Positions 38,101 to 48,273 of a stretch of DNA of 48,273 nt are shown piece by piece. Below the pieces are notes generated by a model, which was not told where the DNA came from, made no database searches, and was given only the letters and a program-made list of their open reading frames with translations. The stretch is from Pelomyxa schiedti. Lineage: Eukaryota > Protista > Evosea. The translations under genes were made by a program, and so were the position numbers. Location: the NCBI GenBank assembly GCA_020536535.1, contig JAHLWZ010000497.1, positions 1-48,273 on the forward strand. The letters run 5' to 3'. Within the stretch, counting starts at the first letter, position 1. Every line of letters starts with the position of its first letter.

Positions 38101-39332
38101 ATGTTCCAGAAGGTCGCGTTTTTGTCGTTTTCGTGTCGTCCCTTGTGTCGCTCCAAAGCGCGACCGTTTCGTTGTTTTTTTTTTTCCCCCAATTTCTTTT
38201 TAATTCGACAAGACACCTTTTTTTTTTTTTTGAAAACACATACGTGTGAGACTGGGTTTTGTATGAGTTATAAGAGTCTTACGATGCGTTTTGTAGGTAG
38301 TGGTTATTGATTGCAAGGGCCACTTGCTTGGTCGCTTGGCCTCCGTCATTGCCAAGGAGCTTCTCAGTGGCCAAAAAATTGTGAACATTCATTCACTTCA
38401 AACACAACATAACACGCACAACAGCACTCCATTCACCATTTCATTATCGTCTACCGCGCACTTCACACAAGAACACTCCACCCACTTTTTCTAGGTTGCT
38501 GTTCGCTGTGAGCAAATTAACATTTCTGGACCCAGTATGTCTCTTAACTAAATGTCTTTCCTTGCTAATTTTTTTTCTCAGTTGCCAGAAACAAACGTGT
38601 GCCTCTCCCTTTTTACACACATTCCGTTTAATAATAGTGCAGTGAAATGGGCGGCTTATCGCCATCTCAGCTGCAACACTAACCCCCGACGCGGTCCGTT
38701 CCACTACCGTTCACCCAGAAGTTTCCTCTACCGCGCAGTCAAGAGAATGGTTCCCCGCAAGACAACACGAGGAGCACTTGCCATGAAGAACTTCAAGGTT
38801 TTTTTTTACTCTTCTAATACTTACCTTTCTTAAACCGCTATTGTAGACATTCGAAGGAATTCCCCTTGCATTCCACAAAGTGAAACGAGTTGTTGTACCA
38901 CAGGCTCTCCGCATCCTCCGCCTCAGACCAGACCGAAAATACACAATCCTCACCGATCTGTGCACTCAGATTGGATGGAGCAACAGAGCCGCCGTTGAGC
39001 GCGAGGAGGCCGAGAGAAAGCTTGCCGGAGCCCGTTACCACAATAAGAGCAAGGTCGTCCACGGAGCAGAAAAGGCTGCCCAGAGACTTGTGACCAAGGA
39101 GTCAAAGGAGCTCAAGGACGCCGAGAAGAAGCTCACCGGCAACGCATTCAAGCCCATGAAGGAAATCAAGGCCAAGGTCAGAGCCGCACACAAGGTCCAC
39201 GTCGAGAAGTACAACGCAGAGAAGGCCGCGGCCGATGCAAGGGCCAAGGCAAGAGAGGCCAAAAAGGCAGCCGCCGCAAAGGGTGGAAAGGGCAAAGGCA
39301 AGGCACCAGCAAAGGGAGGAAAGAAGAACTAA
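38101..39332 (+). CDS. RPL13A: 60S ribosomal protein L13a (uL13) with a Lys/Ala-rich C-terminal extension
   Basis: MFQK|[28 protein letters not shown]|[13 protein letters not shown]|IARNK|LKW...[14 protein letters not shown]...[20 protein letters not shown]. Confidence 0.97.
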
Positions 39333-39554
39333 GCCAATCAGCACCACCGCAGTATACTCCCTTTAACACCGCAATACAGCAGCAGAACCACACAATTCCA
39401 CCGAATATAATCACACACCAGAGGTGGCTCAAAACATGTCTTTTTTGCATAAAAAAACAATAGAACCTCGTTTCACAACTTGTGTTTGTAAAAATCACCT
39501 TTCACACAAAGTAAAAGAGCCTTGTTTGGCTATGTATTAATGTAGTTAGCATTT

Positions 39555-41196
39555 TCAGGAACTAGACTGTTGCTCATCGAGGTTGTCAACCCGTTTCCAT
39601 TTGTGATCAAGCGTTTCCTTCCAAAGAGAAACCTATTGCGATGTTATTTAGTGTTTTGTGTTGTAATTTAGTGTTTGTTTGATAGAGGGAGGTTTTTTGT
39701 TTTTTGTTTTGTTGTGTAAGTTGAAACCTTATTTGTCCCAGAAGATACAGCAAGAAGGGTACCGGTTGGATTCCATGACACATGCCATACTGGCTCCCCG
39801 AATTTGTTGAGGGTCTCTTGCGGTTTCCAAAGGGCACTGTCAGTTCCTGGCCTGTCTTGCCCCCAGACAATAACTCCGTCCTGTCAATTTGATGAGACAT
39901 GCGGAAAGGAAGTAAACTGTGTTACCGTTGAGCATGATGCAATTGTTGAAATGGGACCAAGGGTATCAGCCCAGGCAACATCTCTAACCCAGTCGGTGTG
40001 CATTTCAAGTTTCTGTGCACACTCCCATGTGGGTGTTCCTGTGTGCGCTTTATCTGAAAATCTGAAGTACGTGCAGTATATAAGCAGACTGAATTACAGT
40101 AGAATTTGGCATACACCCAGATCTTAACACTGTTATCACATCCTCCAGATACAAACTGCTTTTGTGGTGAGATTGCCGGTGCTGCTGCACTTGTGGGTGA
40201 TGGTTCGGTTCCGGATATTAAAGATCCGGGTGGGAAAGCAGGACCCCAGCTGACACACATGGCGCCTCCAGGGTGTGCTTTTGGAATCTTTGTCTCTCTC
40301 CAAGTGTTTCTATCAGTTGTTCCTATTTTTAGTTATTTCCTCCTTTTCCTCACAATATATGTCAACCTTTCTCGTAGGTGAGTACCGCAAGGGAACCATC
40401 TGATGAAGCACATGCCAGCTCAAGTCCGTGCTCAACTGGTGCCCAGGCAACACACATAACTTGGTGCAAGTTAGGCGTACCCGATTTTAAGGAGATATTA
40501 CCAGATTTTGTGAGTCCAGTGTATTCGTACAAAATATCCCAGGAGTTGGGTTGTGTCTCTTTCCAAATGATAACACGTTTGTCATAAGAGCAGGAGGCCA
40601 ACACAACACCAAACCTGGGGTGAGCCCATGATACTCTCCATACTGGACCTGTGTGTCTTACAGAGTTTAGATGAAAGGTAACCTCAAGTACTTATATAAA
40701 AAAAAAAGGAATAAGGGGTTACCCTCTGAGTTCTGCTACTTTAATTGGTGGGTGCCCAGGTTCTGAATCAAATATTCTTATTGTACTGTCAGAAGAACAC
40801 GTGGCAAGCCTCTTCCCACTGTAATCAAATTGCACATCATGCTGAAAGGTGTCAGCCACTCCACACATGAATAATAACGAGTGCAAGGAGTGAAAGTTAA
40901 TTATGCCCCGCGTAAAGTAGCATCATGGAAAAATAGGGAAAAAAAAAGAAAAAGTCACAGTACAATAGTATCCTCATGCTGTGTGTCAACTGACGCCGCT
41001 GTAGCAGCCTATTATTTTGTATTTTGGTTAGAGTTAGTGAATTTAAAAATAAAATATGTTTTTGTTTATGGTTGCAGGTTTTTTCCCCGTAGTCGTTGTG
41101 TGTTATCATTGGACACCAAAACCCACAATGCCTACGTGTCCCTCACGAGGCTAATTGTTTTTATTTGTATTTTTGGCGAGGTGTCGCACGCACCAT
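39555..41196 (-). CDS. SEC13: SEC13 WD40 protein (COPII coat and nucleoporin)
   Basis: VDTQHEDTI|HDVQFDYSGKRLATCSSD, LASCSYDKRVIIWKE, LELACASSDG, FVSGGCDNSVKIW, HTDWVRDVAWA, VSLWKETLDHKW. The first exon is inferred to contribute only the ATG (41194-41196). Confidence 0.95.
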
Positions 41197-41437
41197 GCTT
41201 GTTGTCACTGAGGCTTTTTTTTTGTCCTTTTGCGTGGTTGATGATTGATTCATCTCAGACATCAGGACAGTCAGAGGGCTATCAGATCCAGATCCTTTCG
41301 CGGCAGGGCCAAATGGTCCAGTTGCCCATTGACGTTTAGTGCTTATTTTTTTTTCGTTCTGAACGAACTTTTTTTTCCCTCTTTTTTGAAGAAAGGGTAG
41401 GTACAGACACCGTCGTCACCGGAGATCTAGATCTCAA

Positions 41438-43353
41438 ATGGTTCGTTTCCTCTTTCCTTTGTATCGCCCTCATCGCGTTTCCGTCGCGACACGACACTTT
41501 TTTTTCCCTTTCCACCTCTGTCGCCGCAGCCTCTTTTCCTCACAAAAATAAAAAACAGACAGCACGCCCATTGGTAAGCATCCTCAAGAGCAACGGCAAG
41601 CCCTCGGGCAAGACCGTCCCACTCCCCGCCGTCCTCACCGCCCCAATCCGCCCCGATGTCGTCAACATCGTGCACACAAACATGGCAAAGAACCACCGCC
41701 AGCCATACGCTGTGTCGCTCTGGACAGGTTTGTGTCATCCCACATTATATTACAACACAATCTATATATATTGCAATGAAAAAAATTTAATTTATTAAGT
41801 TATTGGCCCTTGACCACTTGAATGCTTGCTTACAACACAAATAAAACAGGCCATCAGACCTCTGCAGAGTCCTGGGGAACAGGTCGCGCCGTTGCCCGTA
41901 TTCCACGTGTGTCAGGAGGAGGGACACACAGAGCTGGCCAGGGTGCCTTTGGAAACATGTGCCGCGGTGGACGCATGTTCGCCCCAACCAAGGTCTATTT
42001 TGTTTGTGTTTTAGGTTTCCTTTGATGCTGACTTCAAAAAGATCTGGAGGCGCTGGCACAGACACGTCAACGTAACCATGAAGAGGAACGCTATTGCTTC
42101 TGCTCTTGCTGCTTCTGCTGTTCCCTCACTTGTTCTTGCCCGTGGACACAGGATATCTCATGTCCCTGAGATTCCACTTGTCGTTGACACCAAGGCTATG
42201 TCTGGCATCAAGAAGACCAAGGGAGCTGTTGACTTCCTCAAGGGAGTGAAGGTAATAACCCACCCGGTTTCCGATTAATCTTCTCACGCCCCGCAGGCCT
42301 ACGCCGACGTTGAGAAGGTCATCCGAAGCAAGGTCCGCCGTGCTGGTAAGGGTAAGATGAGGAACAGGATGTACAGGATGCGACGCGGTCCTCTTGTTAT
42401 CTACAAGGATCGATCTCAGATGCTCTGGGCCTTCAGGTTGGTTCTTTAAACGATACCTTCCAGTTTTCCTAACCAAGTCCCCAGGAACATCCCCGGAGTT
42501 GAGCTTCAATGCGTTACCCGCCTTAACCTCCTCGAGCTTGCCCCTGGTGGCCACATTGGCAGGTTCATCATCTGGACATCCGATGCCTTCGAGATGCTCG
42601 ACACCCTTTGGGGAACCGGCAAGGCTGCCGCTAAGATGAAGAAGGGATACAGACTCCCACACGCCAAGATGACCCTCCCCGACATCATGCGTGTGCTCAG
42701 GAGCGGTTCTGTCACCCAGTCACTCGCCCGCAAGGCCGGACCCGCCCAAATGAAGAAGAAGCGCATCCCCCGCAACCCCCTCAAGGACGTCAAGGTGATG
42801 GCCAAGTTCAACCCACTCGTCAAGCAGCAGTGGCACCAGAAGCACGCCATGCTCCCGTTCATCCGCAGGCGCAACCTCTGGCTCCAGAAGGTCAAGCACC
42901 TCAAGAAGCTCAGGGCCGCACTCCAGAAGAAGGGAGCCAAGCACCTCCCGCGCATACCAGGCCCGCCCGATGAGATGCCAACACCAAGCCCGGTCAAGAA
43001 GGCAAGGAAGGAAGCCACCAAGAAGGCCAAGGCAGAGAACAAGCCAGCCGAGCCGGCCAAGCACGTCGCCGTCGCATGGGCGCCATCGGGAGCCAAGCCG
43101 CAAGTCATGGGCAACCACACCAACGCGAAGCTGTTCCGCAAGACCCACAGGGAGCAGCTTCTCAAGTACGGACACTTCATCACCGAGAAGTCCACGCAGC
43201 TCAAGGCCAAGCCCAAGAAGGTCGCCAAGAAGAAGCTCACCAAGGAGCAGAAGAAGGAGAAGAAGGACAAGTGGATTGCCGGACGCAAGGCCCTCAGAGC
43301 CGCCGCTGCAGCCAAGCTCGTGGAGCTCAAGGGAAAGAAGCCCGCAAAGCACT
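41438..43353 (+). CDS. RPL4: 60S ribosomal protein L4 (uL4), ~510 aa (estimated) with a long basic C-terminal extension
   Basis: [108 protein letters not shown]; ATG-only first coding exon. Confidence 0.97.
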
Positions 43354-43875
43354 GACCGCATCAACAGTCCTAGTAAAACAAATGCACTTTCCCGATGCTT
43401 TGTACTCTTTTTTATTTCACTTCGCAAGTTTAGTCTGCGCCCTGGTGGCAGCCTCAACCACGACATGTCACGATTCACCACAAAGGCATCGTCGGTTCCG
43501 AAATTTACAAGTCAAACAACTACAGAAAGTTTTGGCTTCCCTAGGTTTTTACTAGCATTCCATCTACAGAGTACCAGTAGAATGCTTTTTTGGTTGTATG
43601 ACTGTTTTGTGGAGGTGCCTGGTGCATCCCTCTTCTTTACAGGGAGCACTTAAACATGGATGTGTACATCATGGTGATGCGGACAAATGAGCACATTATG
43701 TCTGTTTCCATTTCACTGTTTTGATTATTCAGTCTATGGAAGAGGAGAGGCTAAATAAAAAGTGGTTCAAAGCTGTTAGAGATGGACAGGCAATATCCAC
43801 TCGAGAAATGAACGTGCCAGAGAAAATGCTAGCCTAGGGCCAGTGACAAGCTATGGACCCTCGATATATCCCAGT

Positions 43876-44165
43876 TGACTTCCACCAACACTAACCACCA
43901 CTACAAGTTGCACCCACTCAATTACTCAACCAATTTACCGACCATTGTGATCTCGTTGAAACGGAGATCTTAGAAATGCTACGCAGGGGAATGGTGCCAA
44001 AGTGCTTAGCTTTGGTGAATCTCTTGCCATTCAAATCCCGCGATCTAAAGTCTATCTCACATAAAACTGCCAGAAGTTTTATTTTTGCCAAATTGGTGGA
44101 AGTCAGTGTTGATTATTTTTGCCAAAGTGGTGGAAGTCAGTGGGCCAAATTGGTGGAAGTCAGTG
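43876..44165. repeat. Three direct copies of GCCAAA(T/G)TGGTGGAAGTCAGTG (44087, 44121, 44144) plus one inverted 13-bp core at 43876-43888
   Basis: Directly visible; tgacttccaccaa is the reverse complement of ttggtggaagtca. Confidence 0.85.
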
Positions 44166-44221
44166 CTATTATTTGTGCCAATGTGGAGAAAGATCATCAT
44201 TGTCTTTCCACAACAGAAAAA

Positions 44222-45289
44222 ATGGAAGAGCACATCAAGTACCCACCGCATGACCGCCTCGTTATTTGTGTGATGGCATGTGTAGTTGTTTTATACGCCC
44301 TTACCGCATTTGGGGTGCTCGCTTGGTGGGTGAGGTGATCATCCCACGCGGTTTGCCAAGAACTAATTCCTTTTTTTTTTTTCCAGACACCCGATGTGTT
44401 GTAAGAAGGACGGTGGGAAGGCAACGTATCTGCTGGCCCTTCTTTTTTTCCTTGTCCGTGAGTAACCTTTTTTTGATGAAACTCGTCTTCCTTAATGGGA
44501 TACAGTTCGGATTGCGTTCTGTGCAACCTGGCTGCTTGAAGTATGGGGTTGGTCTTTCCTGCTGAATAGACTAGGATCCTCATTCTTCATCGCTATCTGT
44601 GTTGCTGTTGCATTTTTGGTGTTTGTGCCCCTTTTTTCTCCTATTTTTGTAGCACTGAACGAAATTCAAGGTATAACCTGGCTGAGAACGCTGATCTTGG
44701 TGTATGCAACAGTTTGTCCCCTCTCCATTTCTGTGTAGCATCTAAAAGTCATACAAGCCCGGTGTCTATGTTGGTGCCACTGTTCAGTGATTGCTTTTAT
44801 TGTTATATTCGGGATTCATCTGGTGGTATGGGCTGTAGTTCCTTCTTTCTGGGATCTGCGCTGGATGGAGGAGACAAAGCCCCTTGTGAGCCCTGACCCA
44901 TTTACAAGTATCTTTTGGGGCTCGTTAAAATTTTCCTAACTCCAACAAAACAAGACCACTGTGATTTATATGGCTCCCTAGCTGTTCAAATCGTGTCTCT
45001 AGCTTATGGAGGCATCCTCATTGTTCTGGCACTGGTATTTTTGTATCTTGGGTACAATGGCCTGACTGTACCCGACAACAAATGGTACCAGAAAGTTTTT
45101 CCCTATGCACTGTGCGTACTACTCCTGCTCCGGGGAGTATTTGTAGAACTCAGTGCATTACGAATTTACTGTGTAATGTTCGTATTTGTACTGGGGGCAA
45201 TGGCTCTTCCTGAAATTTTGATTACTGCTTTTGTCTTACTCTATGTCTGGGGCCGAGACGAGAGTCAGAAGCCGATTTGTCCCAACTGA
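44222..45289 (+). CDS. Seven-transmembrane protein, THH1/TOM1/GPR137-like, multi-exon
   Basis: The spliced model gives seven hydrophobic segments, including WSFLLNRLGSSFFIAICVAVAFLW and a last helix with ALPEILITAFVLLYVW. The family assignment is inference. Confidence 0.65.
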
Positions 45290-45486
45290 CTGATGCACAC
45301 CAAGGCCCTACAGACAGGAGGGAAAACAATTTGATTTTATTTATTGTTATGTTTGGAATTTTGAGTTATTAGATAACTCAGTGGTAACAACACATTCATT
45401 CACCTGCCATTTTTTTGGCTGTGAACAAACAAAACGGAGGTGAACAAATTTGCAAAGCAGGGCTCTCACAACCTGAACAACAAGGC

Positions 45487-46653
45487 TCATTCATCGTCAC
45501 TACCCAACCAGGGCAAACCAAGCCAGATCTTTGTTTCATCAGACAGCGACTTGGTCAGGTTTCCACCACGTATCTCGTCGAGAGTGATGCCGAACCTGCG
45601 CATCGTGAACAGGGCCACGGGCGGTGCTGCTGACACCACTCCCAGGAAGTGTGTGCGTATGAATGACGCGTCGATGGCATCACCGTAGTGGCCCAGTATC
45701 GCCTGCCACCCTGCAAGGTCGGTGTGGGAGTTTGGTGCCAACCACCTGTTGAACATGCTCACAACCTGTTGTGTTTTTTTTGGTGGTGGTGTCATTGGGT
45801 TATTACACTTGTGTGTTTGAGTTTGAAGCACATACATCATCCAGGGGGATGTCAAAGGTGTCGAGAAGCCACTGTGCACAGCGGTTCCTGCTGACAGAGA
45901 AAAGCCTGAACAAGAGAGCATTGGAATCACTTTTGATGTGGTTGTACTGCAGGTTGAACTTGCAGATCACCCACTTGACAGTCCTGCTGGATGGAACTGG
46001 TTGAACATTGGAAGTGAGGCACGGGGCCATAAACTGTGGGGTCAGCAGCGGGGAACCCTCCCCAACAGACTTGGTGATGAAGCGCTGCAGGGCTCCAAGG
46101 TCATGCCTCATGAGACCTATCAGGATGGTGCTCAGCTGGTGGCGGGGAACACTCTCTGGGAACGTGTCCACCAGCACCGCAACCCATTTCCAAAGATTGA
46201 AGCTGACTGCTTCTGAAATGGCGCTGTGAATTCCGCTCTCTTGCAACTGCAATGGGTGTGGAAGGTGCTGAAGGAACCACCTCAACCCTGCAGTAAGGGA
46301 ATTGTTGAACCCCGAGCACAACTCCGTCAGTGTTATCTCAGCACCTTCTGGTTGGGAAATCACATCATTCATCACGTGGAAGGCGTTCTCCAGCCATTCA
46401 GCAACTTCAATTTCGCCTACCTGAAGTACTTTTAACAGACTTCTTGTGACATCACTTCGTGAGAGTGTCACCCTCGTTGAAATCCACTTGGCAAGTGACA
46501 ATCCTCCTCCCTTGGAAGTGGAAGTGACCCGCGTACATGCAAACTCAAACATTTGTGGTGTTACAGTAAATTTCTTCTCAGTGACCAACCACTGAGCGAA
46601 CTCAACGTCACCAAGACTTCCACAGAGAACGTTCAACGCCTCCTCACTTGGGT
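45487..46653 (-). CDS. Divergent ankyrin-like repeat protein, family copy 4; 5' half lost in gap 3
   Basis: GGGLSLAKWISTRVTLS, EVAEWLENAFHVM, KWVICKFNLQ and CAQWLLDTFDIPLDD|VVS align with copies 1-3; a 70-nt intron (45766-45835) sits at the same position. Confidence 0.75.
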
Positions 46654-46753
46654 NNNNNNNNNNNNNNNNNNNNNNNNNNNNNNNNNNNNNNNNNNNNNNN
46701 NNNNNNNNNNNNNNNNNNNNNNNNNNNNNNNNNNNNNNNNNNNNNNNNNNNNN
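46654..46753. other. Assembly gap 3, no flank duplication
   Basis: 100 N; the flanks are unrelated, so the true size is unknown. Confidence 0.9.
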
Positions 46754-46830
46754 GAGCTCAAGGGAAAGAAGCCCGCAAAGCACTGACCGTACCAACAGTC
46801 CTAGTAAAACAAATAAATGACTTTTCCCTA
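46754..46830 (+). CDS. RPL4: 3' end ([10 protein letters not shown], stop at 46786) and start of the 3' UTR of a second RPL4 copy
   Basis: 46754-46786 is identical to 43321-43353 region coding [10 protein letters not shown]; the UTR is similar but not identical (ccgtaccaacagtcctagtaaaacaaat versus ccgcatcaacagtcctagtaaaacaaat). Confidence 0.75.
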
Positions 46831-46869
46831 TGGTCTTTTTTTTCACTTCTCTTCAAACAGTTTTTGGTT

Positions 46870-48034
46870 TTATTCTAACAGAAATCGGAGGGTAGCGATG
46901 GCATCAAGGGCACTCATCCTGGAGGCCTTGTCGGGGTGCATCATCGCAACAAGAACATCAACGATAATCCTCTGTGTGGCTCGCTGTGACTCTGATGGTG
47001 GTGGGGCAAGTGGGAACGACGTGAGGAGTGTCTCTGTGGTGAAACCATGCATGTATAGGTTGCGTCTGGTGCCAATGAACTTGTGGTCAGGTGGCAGGAG
47101 GGCATTGTAGAACGTGAGTGCGAGTGCAAACGAGTCGCACTTGGAGTATGAGAACATGGCGCTGCCACCCCCTTTGAGTGTATGCCGGAGTGTGTCCAGT
47201 TCAGGCGGCATGGTGCTGAGTGTACCCCACGGTAGTGTGGCGTGTGATACCATGCATTCCAGGTTGGTGTCGGGGCACCGCTGAGCTTCCTCAAACCCGA
47301 TAATTGTGACTTTTCTGGTTTCGGGGTCGACCAAAATGCTGCTTTCCTGGATGTCTCTGTGTTGTGATATCAGTGTTTTGTGAATTGAAAGAAGATTGCA
47401 CCTGTGCACAACAGAATGTGATTCGATGTGATGTACCGCCTCGAGGGCTTGCTTGAAAACGTTCAATGTCACATCAACAATATTCGCCTGTGCACTTTGG
47501 TGAGACAAGTGAAGACCGGAGGTGGTTGCACACACAGGAGCCAGGGCAGATAAAAATTTGAGCAGTGTGATGCCACAAAGCGGGAAAAGAATAGCAACTG
47601 ACGGGTTGAGGGCCATTTCTCGGCAAGGAGACCGTTCTTTTGGAATGGCGGCCACGAAGTTTTCTGGAAGCCTTGCCGATACATAGAGTAACTTTTATAA
47701 CGAAAGGGAAGAGAAACCTTGGAATGGCGATGGCACCCAATGGGTGAATCACATTCGGGTGATGCGGGATAACAGACAGAGTGATACACTCCATGTACTT
47801 CCGCCTCAGGAGCGTCTCCCCTGTGTTTTCACAGTTGGGCACAACTTTCATGACCATCTTCTTGGACAATGACGCTGCCGGTCCGGAAGAGTACAGTTCC
47901 GGCGTTGTTCCCTTGTAGAGCACCTGGAAGGCAATGCAAGAAGATCCTGATCCAAGGAGTTGTTCAAAGGTGAAGTCTGAAACACTGGCCGAAATAAGTG
48001 CCGACATGGTGCTGAGCTCTTCCTGTGGTGGCAT
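46870..48034 (-). CDS. PINK1-like divergent protein kinase, probable pseudokinase, 3 exons
   Basis: LLGSGSS, MVMK, HPNVIHP, VVHR|DIQESSILV (45-nt intron 47357-47401), IIGFEEA, WGTLSTMPPEL, YSKCDSFAL. The 5' end may extend further upstream. Confidence 0.75.
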
Positions 48035-48273
48035 AGGAAATTAAGTCAGGGATAAGGACTCTTGAGCTATTCACCTTGAAGCTTCTGGAATCTTCATCCA
48101 AATGTGCCTGCATGTTGTGTGTATTAATTAATTATACCGGGAGGAATGGAATAAAACGTCAAAAAAAAAAAAAAAAAAAAAAACAGACCTGCAGTATTCT
48201 CATTTGTTCTTCACGATTGTTCAGAGAGGCCTGCATGACTTCTTTATCATGTTGCAGTTGTTGAATAAGCCCT

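Noticed and set aside
41200-41345. Possible box C/D snoRNA between SEC13 and RPL4
   Set aside because: The TGATGA-like box is on the plus strand while the clustered CTGA boxes are on the minus strand, and no terminal stem was seen. An Infernal search would settle it.
44087-44165. Possible CRISPR array
   Set aside because: Only three repeats with 12-nt and 1-nt spacers, no cas genes, and a eukaryotic context.

Overview
Compact, gene-dense eukaryotic scaffold with many short spliceosomal introns (mostly ~40-55 nt, GT-AG) and three 100-N gaps. The style of the gene families suggests a free-living amoebozoan such as an archamoeba (Pelomyxa-like); this is an unverified inference. Confidently recognisable genes are CUL3, RALGAPB, a PYM/WIBG Mago-binding protein, RPL13A (uL13), SEC13 and RPL4 (uL4). 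They are interleaved with lineage-expanded genes: four ankyrin-like repeat paralogs, two tandem SOCS/F-box-like beta-repeat paralogs, a cytosolic R-S-E class ADP-ribosyltransferase, a ~2,100 aa RS+LRR protein, a RING/coiled-coil protein, a 7TM protein and a PINK1-like probable pseudokinase. The most intriguing signal is the ankyrin family: a nearly invariant F-box-like N-terminus and repeat framework alternate with hypervariable blocks, and the copies look like mosaics of each other, as in a recombining receptor repertoire. Other notable items are a 23-bp inverted repeat, a stem covering the RPL13A 5' splice site, a 15-nt microexon, a GC-AG intron and the 3' end of a second RPL4 copy emerging from a gap. 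No tRNA, rRNA or CRISPR array is supported. All gene models were traced by eye and no database searches were run.
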